Shown piece after piece: positions 20,800 to 29,318 of a DNA stretch of 64,000 bases; position 1 is the first letter of the stretch, and every line of letters starts with the position of its first letter. This DNA comes from a virus. The translations under genes were made by a program, and so were the position numbers. The notes under the pieces are model-generated. The model did not search any database. It was given only the letters and a program-made list of their open reading frames with translations, and was not told the origin of the DNA. Location: IMG/VR virus record IMGVR_UViG_3300021964_000014. One strand, written 5' to 3'.

Positions 20800-21164
20800 T
20801 CTCTGTCTTCTATTTCGTCGGATTTATTACTAACCTCTTCTTTTACTTCTTCTGATTCTTCTAATAAATCAGCTAATTCTGAAAGGTCGAACATTTCTCC
20901 ATCTCCACCTTTAGCAGAAATGGCTTCTAATCTCTGTATTACTTGAGCTAGTTTAATAAGGTGTTCATCATTTTTAACACCGATTTCCATATATTCTTTA
21001 ATCATAGGTACTATCAAAGTAGCATCACCTATGTTTTCAATAAGAGGTTTTAGTTCACCGATTAAAGCTTTTACTTGAGACTTAGTCTCCTTAGAGTTGT
21101 CGTAAATTTCCCCGAATAGATCAGATAGAGATTTTCCTTTAAATATTTCTTTACTACTATCCAT
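20796..21164 (-). CDS. Conserved small helical late protein (terminase small subunit is a weak possibility)
   Basis: 122 aa helical protein with acidic tail; late motif at 21180-21187. Confidence 0.35.
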   Translation of the reverse strand: MDSSKEIFKGKSLSDLFGEIYDNSKETKSQVKALIGELKPLIENIGDATLIVPMIKEYMEIGVKNDEHLIKLAQVIQRLEAISAKGGDGEMFDLSELADLLEESEEVKEEVSNKSDEIEDRE

Positions 21165-21190
21165 AATAGGTCTTTTACTTATAAATAGAT

Positions 21191-21895
21191 TTAAAGTGCC
21201 TTTGTGCGAATAAGACCTTGTTTATAGTATTCGTTGTATATTAAATAGTACTCTTCTTTAAGTCTATTCACCACTTTAGTGAGGTGAGGGGTTTCGCAAT
21301 CAGTCATTTCTCTGATGTATATGTAGAGTGCTTTCTTTTTAAAGATATCTAAGTCCTGTCTTGTCTTAAATATAGTTAGTATAGCGTCAGCTATCTTTCT
21401 CTCACTGTCTTTTGGGAATACCTCTTCTAATACCTCGTACATCTCTCCAACATACAGGTCTAAAAATTGACCTAGTGTTATAGACCCGTGTTCATCTATA
21501 TCATACTTAGTCTCATACCCATCGTACATTTCATCAAACGTACCAATCTTTTTGAGATTCTTATAATTTTTGTTATTATAGTTTATTAACCACCTTTTAA
21601 CTATAGTCCCAAAATAAGAATAGGCTTTAGCTCCATTATTAGCATCAAACTTCATAATCTTCTCTTCTAATAACATGGATACTATTTCATGCTTTAGATC
21701 TTCTATTTTATCTACATCTGTGTAGTAAAACTTAAAGGTATGTATAATATTTTCTGCTAATTTATAGAAAGGGTAGTAAATGTGCTCTGTAAAGATGCTG
21801 TTTCTATAAGTGTTGTCTGTTGATGTGTTATATTTGACTATATACTCTTCTGTTTCCTTAGTAAAGTAATTAGCTTTGCTTTTCTTTCTTGCCAT
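21191..21895 (-). CDS. Phage late-transcription sigma factor (T4 gp55-like)
   Basis: NYFT N-terminal motif, KLAENII, KFD..KAYSYFGTIVKRWLI sigma region-2 signature. Confidence 0.8.
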   Translation of the reverse strand: MARKKSKANYFTKETEEYIVKYNTSTDNTYRNSIFTEHIYYPFYKLAENIIHTFKFYYTDVDKIEDLKHEIVSMLLEEKIMKFDANNGAKAYSYFGTIVKRWLINYNNKNYKNLKKIGTFDEMYDGYETKYDIDEHGSITLGQFLDLYVGEMYEVLEEVFPKDSERKIADAILTIFKTRQDLDIFKKKALYIYIREMTDCETPHLTKVVNRLKEEYYLIYNEYYKQGLIRTKAL

Positions 21896-22190
21896 AATTT
21901 TCGGGGAGCATATATCGGTCTAGCTCTTTTTGTACTAGTTGTAATTGTTGAAAAAAGTAACCGACCTCGTCGTCCGATTGAAAGACCCCTCTTTCATCAA
22001 GCTTATTAAGGTGCTTTTTAGAATCTCCTATTAAATTAGAGATATTCTGAAGGTATTGTGCTTGATCAGCAGTAACGTCTTCATATTTCTCTACTTTCAA
22101 CAGTAGGTTTCTTATAATATAAGATAAAATAATTGTAATTCCAACTAATATTCCGGAAATTATGTAAAAGGTTGTAGGGTTAATGTCCAT
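21870..22190 (-). CDS. Hypothetical membrane-anchored coiled-coil protein
   Basis: N-terminal TM helix; FQSDDEVGYFF motif. Confidence 0.6.
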   Translation of the reverse strand: MDINPTTFYIISGILVGITIILSYIIRNLLLKVEKYEDVTADQAQYLQNISNLIGDSKKHLNKLDERGVFQSDDEVGYFFQQLQLVQKELDRYMLPENYGKKEKQS

Positions 22191-22924
22191 TATAGGTTTT
22201 TTAACATGTTTGTAAGTCCTTCCGAGGAGTTAACACGCTTTCCTGTAGAAGATTTCGTCTTTTGTGCTTTAGGGGCGGTAGAGCCGCCGTTTACTAGCCA
22301 TTTATCGTACTCCACCTTAGAGGCTAAGAAGTCTGCTGAGTGTAGTATATTAACTATAGATGTTTTCATTCTAGCATTAGGCTGATTACTAAAGAAGTAA
22401 GGTTTATTAGCGTCGGAAAACACTCCATCGTGTAATTTTATAGCTAAGTACTCGTTTTTGGTAGTTTTTATACCATATTCCTGTAGAGTAAATAGGGATC
22501 TGTCTGGAACTAGCATGAAATCAAGCTCTCCATTAGGTGTATACATTTCATGTAGCTTATCCTGTCTCCATTTATCAGTCTGAGGTATATATGAAGCATT
22601 ATCTTTATCACCAATCTTACCTAAATCGTGGAAAATAGCAGAGAAGACTAACTCCTCTTCGGTAAAATCAACAGTACCTCCCATTTCCTTGTATAGCTTC
22701 ATCTGTTTAATAGAATATTCTACTACTCTATTAACATGATCTACATATCCACCGGCAAAAGCATTATGATACCAAGATTTACCACTAGCAGGTGCCATAA
22801 CATAGGTACCCTCTAGATCTTTTAACATAGCTTTAATAGATTCACCTCGATCACCAATGTAGTGATCAATAATCTTTAAATGTTTTTCATAGTTCTTGGC
22901 AATTTGTTCTGCTGTCAATGACAT
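22190..22924 (-). CDS. HD-domain phosphohydrolase (YhaM-like HD domain)
   Basis: APAS..YHNAFAGGYVDH, FHDLGK, IKLHDG, LHSAD. Confidence 0.85.
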   Translation of the reverse strand: MSLTAEQIAKNYEKHLKIIDHYIGDRGESIKAMLKDLEGTYVMAPASGKSWYHNAFAGGYVDHVNRVVEYSIKQMKLYKEMGGTVDFTEEELVFSAIFHDLGKIGDKDNASYIPQTDKWRQDKLHEMYTPNGELDFMLVPDRSLFTLQEYGIKTTKNEYLAIKLHDGVFSDANKPYFFSNQPNARMKTSIVNILHSADFLASKVEYDKWLVNGGSTAPKAQKTKSSTGKRVNSSEGLTNMLKNL

Positions 22925-23034
22925 ATAGTATAACTTTTTAATAATTAATTAATATTATCATATATAATTATATATCTATATATAAAAATATTATAAAATA
23001 TAAATAAATAATAATTTATCTATTATATATTATT
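22925..23034. other. Extremely AT-rich non-coding tract
   Basis: About 110 bp with only a handful of G/C; perfect palindrome ATATATAATTATATAT at 22960-22975. Confidence 0.7.
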
Positions 23035-23066
23035 GAAGATAATAAAAATATGGCAGAAAGGCAACT
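23034..23066 (-). promoter_or_regulatory. Bacteroidota sigma70-type early promoter
   Basis: AGTTG-N20-TATCTTCA. Confidence 0.6.
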
Positions 23067-23400
23067 ATTTTCTAAAATATTTCTTTTTTTCTTCATTTAC
23101 CCACTTAGCCTGACTAAGATATCTTACAAAATACACTTTTACATCGGCTTGGTAACGGTATTTAGTGAAAAATACTGTCTTTTCTGACATAAACCTGAAT
23201 TCTGTAAAGTACCAACTACCTCTATTACCTTTTGCTCGGTGAGGATAGGGTGCAATGTATACCAAAACGTCGGCTTGGTTGGGGTAATTTACTTCACAAA
23301 CCTTAACATCGGCTTGAAAAGCATGATTTACAACATATAACCTTTGTCCGTATGCATTAAATGCAAAAAGAAAGCAAAGGAGGGTGATAATTCGTTTCAT
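23065..23400 (-). CDS. Secreted DUF6150-like protein
   Basis: Signal peptide AYG|Q; repeated QADVKV/QADVLVY motifs and G.WYFT. Confidence 0.65.
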   Translation of the reverse strand: MKRIITLLCFLFAFNAYGQRLYVVNHAFQADVKVCEVNYPNQADVLVYIAPYPHRAKGNRGSWYFTEFRFMSEKTVFFTKYRYQADVKVYFVRYLSQAKWVNEEKKKYFRK

Positions 23401-23411
23401 ATATTTGATTT

Positions 23412-23452
23412 AGCGAAGCCGCCGCGCGAAACGCGCGCAAGTTGCCCCGCGG
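23412..23452. other. GC-rich hairpin island
   Basis: GCGAAGC followed by GCGCG-AAA-CGCGC and CCGCGG in an AT-rich intergenic gap. Confidence 0.6.
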
Positions 23453-23453
23453 T

Positions 23454-23948
23454 TTATTCTTCTTTAGGGTTATAACGTTTACCAAGTCTCCCTATAACAG
23501 CTTTAGCCTCTTCAACACCTATTCGGAAGAACTCTCTACTCTTATTCACTCTATATGAGTCAAGGTACCCGTGTACTTCTTGCTCTAAGTCGTGACCATT
23601 GTAGCAAGGGTAGGCGTATTCTACTATAAAGTCTTGAGCGACACCGGTAGCAGCATTGATTTGTTTAGCTCTCTTATCAGGTAAGTTCTTTGTGAAACCT
23701 ATCTTACATAATCCAGGCATTGACTCATTAGTAAGTACATATACGTATTGTTTATCAGAATTAGGTGTATATTGTAATGTTCTGGACCTATTCGTATAAT
23801 ACGTTACTGATTCCCAACCATCTTCTGCTGTGTACTGAGTACCAGTACTGGGAGTTAAAGTAAAGTAAGAGGGATCGGCTCCGGTGAAATCATCAGAGAC
23901 TTTGATAAACTGTTGAGCTTCTTCTATTGATATTCTTTTTAAACCCAT
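23454..23948 (-). CDS. T5orf172 / GIY-YIG-like domain protein
   Basis: YVYVLTNESMPGLCKIGFT..RAKQI..TGV..LEQEVH..REFF. Confidence 0.85.
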   Translation of the reverse strand: MGLKRISIEEAQQFIKVSDDFTGADPSYFTLTPSTGTQYTAEDGWESVTYYTNRSRTLQYTPNSDKQYVYVLTNESMPGLCKIGFTKNLPDKRAKQINAATGVAQDFIVEYAYPCYNGHDLEQEVHGYLDSYRVNKSREFFRIGVEEAKAVIGRLGKRYNPKEE

Positions 23949-23965
23949 ATAACCTTTATTTACTA

Positions 23966-23998
23966 TAAAGATAAGAAAAATAAGTCAGGGGACCAACT
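23966..23998 (-). promoter_or_regulatory. Early promoter followed by AAAGGTT leader
   Basis: AGTTG-N20-TATCTTTA then TAAAGGTTATATG. Confidence 0.7.
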
Positions 23999-24431
23999 AT
24001 TTTATAAGGTTTTTAGCCTCTTCTAAGACTAGCATTTGTATATACTCTACTATCTTACTACATTTCTCATACTGTTCTATAGACTCAAAGTAATATAACA
24101 ACTGGTTTAACGCCTCTCCTACCCCTTTTTTCTCAAAAGAGTCTCCTATAGTGTATATAGACTCTATTGATTTAAGGTTTATACGTAGTAAATACCTGTA
24201 AAGCTTAGTGTAATACTTATATTTAATACTAGGCTCTACCTTCTTAAACTCTTTAGGGTAGTTCTTAAGATACATAAGACACATTAACTGATAATTCTCA
24301 AGACCTCTCATAACCATATTCATAAGAACGAACGGATTTTTGAGAACTTCTGCTTCTCCGTGTTCTTTATATACCTCTTCATCTCCTTGTTCAAAGATTG
24401 AAAATAATGTATGTGGGTCTAGTTTATTCAT
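23997..24431 (-). CDS. Hypothetical protein
   Basis: ORF; C-terminal YFESIEQYEKC helix. Confidence 0.6.
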   Translation of the reverse strand: MNKLDPHTLFSIFEQGDEEVYKEHGEAEVLKNPFVLMNMVMRGLENYQLMCLMYLKNYPKEFKKVEPSIKYKYYTKLYRYLLRINLKSIESIYTIGDSFEKKGVGEALNQLLYYFESIEQYEKCSKIVEYIQMLVLEEAKNLIK

Positions 24432-24511
24432 CTATTATAAATAGTATACCATAAGATAGTAAGAAAAAACCCTATAGGCAAAAAAATTTGCCGAAAAATT
24501 TCCCCAAGTAT

Positions 24512-24544
24512 AGTTGGATTTTACCCAAAAAGTTCTTATATTAA
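24512..24544 (+). promoter_or_regulatory. Plus-strand early promoter, divergent from the minus-strand genes
   Basis: AGTTG-N20-TATATTAA upstream of the ATG at 24566. Confidence 0.7.
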
Positions 24545-24565
24545 AGTATAATAAGAGTTCAATAT

Positions 24566-24718
24566 ATGTCTAGACTGGAAGAAATACTATATTCTGCCGA
24601 AGAGCACGGTAAGAGAACAGATTTACTCCAAAGAGTGGGAGAGATAAGAGATGCTAATCCCAGAATGAAGTTAGACGACATATATGATATGGCTTATAAT
24701 GAGGTAATGCGTACATAG
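24566..24718 (+). CDS. Small hypothetical protein (50 aa)
   Basis: MSRLEEILYSAEEHGKR..; directly behind a consensus promoter; below the ORF-track cutoff. Confidence 0.7.
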   Translation: MSRLEEILYSAEEHGKRTDLLQRVGEIRDANPRMKLDDIYDMAYNEVMRT

Positions 24719-24722
24719 AGAG

Positions 24723-24881
24723 ATGGAATGTGTTATATGTAATATTAATATAGAGGATTTCGGCCATAACCCAGATCCTATTAATGAAGGAAAAGGAAGA
24801 TGTTGTGAGAAATGTAATATAGCCTACGTTATACCGGCTAGAATGCTTATGATACGTAGGACTACTACTATTAATATATAA
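24723..24881 (+). CDS. Small Cys4 zinc-finger protein (52 aa)
   Basis: MECVIC..FGHNPDP..GRCCEKCN..VIPAR. Confidence 0.7.
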   Translation: MECVICNINIEDFGHNPDPINEGKGRCCEKCNIAYVIPARMLMIRRTTTINI

Positions 24882-25028
24882 ATATATATTACTATATAGC
24901 TAAAATCATAGGAATTATGCGTATAGGTATGGCAGAATCAGGCAGATTACCAACCCTTTAGGGAACTTTACTGTCAGTGTTATATCACCATGCTATCTAG
25001 CTTCCGGAAGACTGCCCACCCGGTTGAC

Positions 25029-25235
25029 TTACTTATCACTCACCCTATCGACAATGAATAGGAATGTAGTGAATAAGACTATAAAGCATAGAGCCTCTAT
25101 AGGATGGTTCATCATAGCTAATAGACCTCTAAAGAAGAACTTGATAGCAGGTCCTACCATAAGGGCCAGTAGTATGAAGGCTATAATGCCTCCAGACCAC
25201 ATACCTATGTTAATAAGTCTATCCCTATTAAGCAT
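25029..25235 (-). CDS. Small two-TM membrane protein
   Basis: Likely start MLNRDRL at 25235, overlapping the upstream stop. Confidence 0.55.
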   Translation of the reverse strand: MLNRDRLINIGMWSGGIIAFILLALMVGPAIKFFFRGLLAMMNHPIEALCFIVLFTTFLFIVDRVSDK

Positions 25236-25389
25236 ATACTTCTTTTTGACGTTGAACAAAATAGATTAACTTATCCAGACAATACTCCATTGTACTGAGA
25301 TCGTTATCACTCTTAGCCATATCATATCTCTCTTGCCAGAAATTGATCTTAGGTTGATAACCATTTGGGTACTTGTTTAACTTACTCAT
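25228..25389 (-). CDS. Small early protein (53 aa)
   Basis: MSKLNKYPNGYQPKINFWQ..; AAAGGTT leader; promoter at 25436-25468. Confidence 0.65.
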   Translation of the reverse strand: MSKLNKYPNGYQPKINFWQERYDMAKSDNDLSTMEYCLDKLIYFVQRQKEVYA

Positions 25390-25455
25390 AAAACCTTTAT
25401 TTAAATTTAACTTAGTTACTCTCTCATTTACTATGTAAATATACGAACTATAATG

Positions 25456-25773
25456 TTAAGAAGCAACTTCTTCTTTAACTATTTCCATCTTATATAATGG
25501 GAAGTTGTATGTAGTTCTCTGGGACATCATATCGTAAGTGTAAGCCTTAGCCATAGTAGGACCCAAAGAGTCTATATTCATACCACTAAAACTACTCCAG
25601 ATACTATATGAGAACTCTTTACTATATTTAGACCAATAGGCCTTTATATAATATACATTAGGTTCACCTTTATAGCCTGTGCCATAGATAACCTTAATTG
25701 TCTCATTGTTCTTTAGTCCATAGATGGCCTCCAATATGTTTTTACTTGCTTGTTTCTTCTCTGAATATGTCAT
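25456..25773 (-). CDS. Early hypothetical protein
   Basis: ORF with AAAGGTT leader and promoter 25792-25824. Confidence 0.7.
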   Translation of the reverse strand: MTYSEKKQASKNILEAIYGLKNNETIKVIYGTGYKGEPNVYYIKAYWSKYSKEFSYSIWSSFSGMNIDSLGPTMAKAYTYDMMSQRTTYNFPLYKMEIVKEEVAS

Positions 25774-25824
25774 AACCTTTATTAATATACCTTAATATAA
25801 GAAAAAAAACGGTAAGAAACAACT
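25771..25824 (-). promoter_or_regulatory. Early promoter/leader cassette
   Basis: AGTTG-N20-TATATTAAGGTATATTAATAAAGGTTATG. Confidence 0.75.
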
Positions 25825-26119
25825 ATTCTGTAAGTTATTTTCCGCTATAGAGAGAATTTTTTTTAAGGGGGTGGGGCAGGCCTGATGTTCTACCTTGTTA
25901 TTCCACACACCTATCTATGTTTATTCTAGACAATCTATATATCTTTATATGAATCTATAAGTATATTTTTATATCTATATATACACTAGCTATTATTAAT
26001 ATGCTTTAGGTTAGATATAGTCTTCTATCCCTTTATCTGCCTTTGTATAGATGGTTCTCCTCTACTATCTAGTATGGATGGTATCTATGTATAGCCTCAG
26101 CCGTACACTACCTTAGACA

Positions 26120-26317
26120 CTATCTCTCCATATACGATGATGTACTCCTAAGACCGGAATACTCACATCTATTTACATAAGTCGGATGAACGTTAGTGAT
26201 ATCCGCGCGTGGCGACCTTCGGTCGAGAGAGGAAAACGCCCCCTCACTCTCCCTCAACGCTGCTACATCAAACTCCCACCCTTTCAAAGCCTTCAATAGT
26301 TTATTTGTTCTTCTCAT
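26120..26317 (-). CDS. Small hypothetical protein
   Basis: ORF ending CEYSGLRSTSSY; contains GC-rich hairpin CGACC-GAA-GGTCG. Confidence 0.45.
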   Translation of the reverse strand: MRRTNKLLKALKGWEFDVAALRESEGAFSSLDRRSPRADITNVHPTYVNRCEYSGLRSTSSYMER

Positions 26318-26333
26318 ATTTGTTATTATTAAT

Positions 26334-26438
26334 TTAATCTTCTATAGTAGTACTACCTGTCGGTACTGAGATATAATCATCTATACCATCTTCTACTATA
26401 TCATCCATCCAATCCCATTCTCTACCGCTATTGATCAT
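26334..26438 (-). CDS. Acidic micro-protein (34 aa)
   Basis: MINSGREWDWMDD.. Confidence 0.45.
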   Translation of the reverse strand: MINSGREWDWMDDIVEDGIDDYISVPTGSTTIED

Positions 26439-26458
26439 ATCTACTCTCTTTGGTGTTT

Positions 26459-26575
26459 TTATTTCTCGTGCTTATGCTCTCTAATATATTCTAATAATGC
26501 CATAGCAACTCTATAGTCTGAGTCAAACATTTGTGTTAGTTTTGTCTCAAGTTCTATAATATCTTTTAGTGTCAT
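26459..26575 (-). CDS. Micro-protein (38 aa)
   Basis: MTLKDIIELETK..; ATGA overlap with the upstream ORF. Confidence 0.5.
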   Translation of the reverse strand: MTLKDIIELETKLTQMFDSDYRVAMALLEYIREHKHEK

Positions 26576-26727
26576 TGTTTTCTTGATTCAAATATTTCTT
26601 TAATCTTTAACATTATATTGTAAGATTCCTGCTTGCTTAAGAAGTATCCACTTTGAGAATGAAATGCATTACGAATCAAGTCGTAGATTTCATACTCTTG
26701 TTCATTCATCCGTTTTATTGGTTTCAT
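26572..26727 (-). CDS. Micro-protein (51 aa)
   Basis: MKPIKRMNEQEY..; start immediately follows the AACACCAAAGAGA repeat. Confidence 0.5.
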   Translation of the reverse strand: MKPIKRMNEQEYEIYDLIRNAFHSQSGYFLSKQESYNIMLKIKEIFESRKQ

Positions 26728-26848
26728 TTCTCTTTGGTGTTAAAGGTTATTTAGAATTTACCTTGATTGGTTTTACCTTTAAGATAGTTCTCATTTGCTA
26801 TCTTTATACCCATCCACATCTCTCTTAATACTCTTTTAATTGCCTTTA

Positions 26849-27352
26849 TCATATCTTATTGTTTAAATATTGCCATTGCATATAATCTTCTTTGTTGACC
26901 ATATAACCCCAATGCAATAATGATTGTTGAATGCGCGGGCTTACTTGCCAATCATTCGTTTCATATATTCTACTATATATTCTTTTCCTCCATCTACCGT
27001 TTACACCACAAAAGTCTTGCCATCTTTTTATTTGTCTTTCATCATCTGGATGCCTTCTACCATTGTAGTATTTCAAATACCATTCAAACCAACCATATGG
27101 ATCATCTCTATGCATCCAATTCATCTCTGTCCAATAGTCGTAATTCATACCGCTTCTTATCTTGAACATATTCATCTTAGGCTTATATTTGTTTCCTAAG
27201 TAGAGATGAGGAGACACATCAGCTAACGTTTCTTGAAATAAAGATTGATAATCGTAATCACCTTCTAACTCTTCTACTCCAAAGTACGATCCTCCGAATG
27301 CTCCATTCTTTAGAATATCTGTTGGTGTTAAATAAGGATAAAATTCTAACAT
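26849..27352 (-). CDS. Conserved Trp-rich hypothetical protein
   Basis: LTP..GAFGGSYF..DPYGWFEWY..GRR..DDERQIKRW..RIQQSLLHW motif series; function unknown. Confidence 0.7.
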   Translation of the reverse strand: MLEFYPYLTPTDILKNGAFGGSYFGVEELEGDYDYQSLFQETLADVSPHLYLGNKYKPKMNMFKIRSGMNYDYWTEMNWMHRDDPYGWFEWYLKYYNGRRHPDDERQIKRWQDFCGVNGRWRKRIYSRIYETNDWQVSPRIQQSLLHWGYMVNKEDYMQWQYLNNKI

Positions 27353-27955
27353 TTATATTTGTTTATATCTATTTTTAATATCATAGTAGTTATAGAAGTG
27401 GTCCATATCTTGAACTTCTATTTTTAGTTTGTTTACAAACTCTTCTACATCTAATCTATTGTCCTTATGAAATAAGTCTTCATAACAAGTTAAAGGAATA
27501 TTAAATTCATTAGATAAATCAACTATAGTTTTATTCCACTTCGAATACATTTTAAATGTTTGTAATGATGGATCTACACTATGGGAATACTTTGTATGCC
27601 AATCTTGAATATGTAAAGCATTTTCATAACTTGTAGCTGCGTCTGAAACCTCTCTTCTAAGCATTAGAATTACTTTATCAAATTTAGGTATTAACTCTTT
27701 ATAGAAATCAAACGTCTCATAAAGTCTATAATCTAATAACGGTCCTCTCTCTATCCCAGGTCTTTGGTGCACTAATGATTTAACAACAGATACTCTATCA
27801 GTAAATGTCTCGATAGGGAGATGTGGTAGTCTTTTATGATGCCAAGGTTCGTAAAAGCTATCATGAAACATTAGTTCATTAGCTATTGACCTATATACAG
27901 CACTAGTACCGCTTCTAGCAGTACCTACTATGATGACTTTGCCAATTCTTTGCAT
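27353..27955 (-). CDS. PAPS-dependent sulfotransferase
   Basis: IVGTARSGTS 5'-PSB loop, FYEP, LRR....A.S 3'-PB motif, YEDL. Confidence 0.75.
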   Translation of the reverse strand: MQRIGKVIIVGTARSGTSAVYRSIANELMFHDSFYEPWHHKRLPHLPIETFTDRVSVVKSLVHQRPGIERGPLLDYRLYETFDFYKELIPKFDKVILMLRREVSDAATSYENALHIQDWHTKYSHSVDPSLQTFKMYSKWNKTIVDLSNEFNIPLTCYEDLFHKDNRLDVEEFVNKLKIEVQDMDHFYNYYDIKNRYKQI

Positions 27956-28338
27956 ATCATTTGTTTAAGTTTACTAGCAGACCATCCATGTTCTCTACTT
28001 AAGTAATGAGTTCTTATATTGAGATCATCTCCGGTAAATGGTTTATCTTTATAATCATCTCCTAAAAACCTAACATCGAACTCTCCTTCTTTAAGTAAAT
28101 TGTAGAGTTGTTCTTCGTAAGTATACCTAATAACATCATCTACGTACCTGATACTACTTAACATATCTTTTCTATACTTTGATGATAAAATTGGTCTCAT
28201 CTTATAAGGTCTCTCAATTGATGGATCTGTATGAAGTAGCACTACTAACACAGTACAGTGTTTACTTGCCTCTTTAAATGCTTCATAATACCCAGGATGG
28301 TATATATCAAATGCTCCTGCTATAACTCCTTTTATCAT
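27928..28338 (-). CDS. Cytidylyltransferase (TagD / glycerol-3-phosphate CTase-like)
   Basis: GAFDIYHPG, YVDDV, LGDDY, R.HGWSAS. Confidence 0.8.
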   Translation of the reverse strand: MIKGVIAGAFDIYHPGYYEAFKEASKHCTVLVVLLHTDPSIERPYKMRPILSSKYRKDMLSSIRYVDDVIRYTYEEQLYNLLKEGEFDVRFLGDDYKDKPFTGDDLNIRTHYLSREHGWSASKLKQMICKELAKSS

Positions 28339-28496
28339 TTAAACGTTCCGCTTTTTAATTCGTTTTTAAACTTAACAATCACTTCATAATACTCACCCCA
28401 CTTATCTCTATCCTCTTCAAAATATGATTGTTCACAACCCCTCTTGCACTCGTCCTCAACTACCTGTAATAATTTAATTAATTGATCTTTTATCAT
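28335..28496 (-). CDS. Small hypothetical protein (53 aa)
   Basis: Open frame with ATGA overlaps on both sides. Confidence 0.55.
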   Translation of the reverse strand: MIKDQLIKLLQVVEDECKRGCEQSYFEEDRDKWGEYYEVIVKFKNELKSGTFK

Positions 28497-28645
28497 AACC
28501 AGTTTATTAATATGTTAATTGATATAAGTACATTAGTTATAATCGCCTGAAGAATAATCATAGTTCTAATAAATGCTACTCTATCAGCTCTTTTATTATC
28601 TTCACCTATCTTCTCTCCTAAAGCTCTAGCCCAAAGACGCCACAT
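28493..28645 (-). CDS. Small membrane protein (50 aa)
   Basis: MWRLWARALGEK..ADRVAFIRT.. followed by a TM helix. Confidence 0.65.
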   Translation of the reverse strand: MWRLWARALGEKIGEDNKRADRVAFIRTMIILQAIITNVLISINILINWL

Positions 28646-28773
28646 ACCCACCAAATTAATATTGTTACTATTAATAGTTTAAACGACCAACCTATCATCT
28701 TGTAAGTCTTCTCCATACGTTCAGGACTTCTTCCTTGATTTGATCTATACTGTCTATACTTCTTTTCTTTCAT
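28618..28773 (-). CDS. Small membrane protein (51 aa)
   Basis: RQYRSNQGRSP followed by a TM helix. Confidence 0.6.
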   Translation of the reverse strand: MKEKKYRQYRSNQGRSPERMEKTYKMIGWSFKLLIVTILIWWVCGVFGLEL

Positions 28774-28973
28774 AACTTATACTTTTTCTTATACTTAGCT
28801 TCGAAGCCACTCCCAACTCCTAAGTCTAAAATCTCAGCCCCTACTGGAAGTAATTTACTTTTAGGGCTGATAATTTTATCAGGGCAAGGTAGATCAGTAA
28901 AGATCTTTATCCATACCTTACTCCCGAATTTCTTTTTATAGGCTACTACTATCGTTGGTCTGTATAACGCCAT
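28770..28973 (-). CDS. Hypothetical protein
   Basis: ORF track; coupled overlaps. Confidence 0.55.
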   Translation of the reverse strand: MALYRPTIVVAYKKKFGSKVWIKIFTDLPCPDKIISPKSKLLPVGAEILDLGVGSGFEAKYKKKYKL

Positions 28974-29136
28974 CTATTTCTAATATTTTATAACCTACTA
29001 CTCTTCTATGCCTACCGTATTGCTCCATTGACCATTCTATTCTATCAGTTTCTAATTCTAATTCATAGACTTCAACGGAGTTACCGGAGCTTTCGCTTAC
29101 TTTGATTTTATATTTCTTAGTACTCTCCATTTTCAA
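28936..29136 (-). CDS. Hypothetical protein
   Basis: ORF track; LETDRIEWSMEQY motif. Confidence 0.55.
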   Translation of the reverse strand: MKMESTKKYKIKVSESSGNSVEVYELELETDRIEWSMEQYGRHRRVVGYKILEIDGVIQTNDSSSL

Positions 29137-29314
29137 GTCTCCAATTATTAACTCTGATTGCTTTCTTCTTCTGCTTTCTCTTAACTACAGAAGGTTTTTC
29201 AAAGAATTTTCTATCTCTAATTTCTTTGATTAATTTAGTACTACGTACTTTCTGCTTAAACCTTTTAAGCGCTTTGGCGATGTTGTCTCCTTTTTTTAAT
29301 TTTACTATAAGCAT
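29117..29314 (-). CDS. rpsU: Phage-encoded 30S ribosomal protein bS21
   Basis: MLIV..GDNIAKALKRFKQKV..EIRDRKFFEKPSVVKR signature; Bacteroidota-type MLI N-terminus. Confidence 0.92.
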   Translation of the reverse strand: MLIVKLKKGDNIAKALKRFKQKVRSTKLIKEIRDRKFFEKPSVVKRKQKKKAIRVNNWRLENGEY

Positions 29315-29318
29315 ATAT

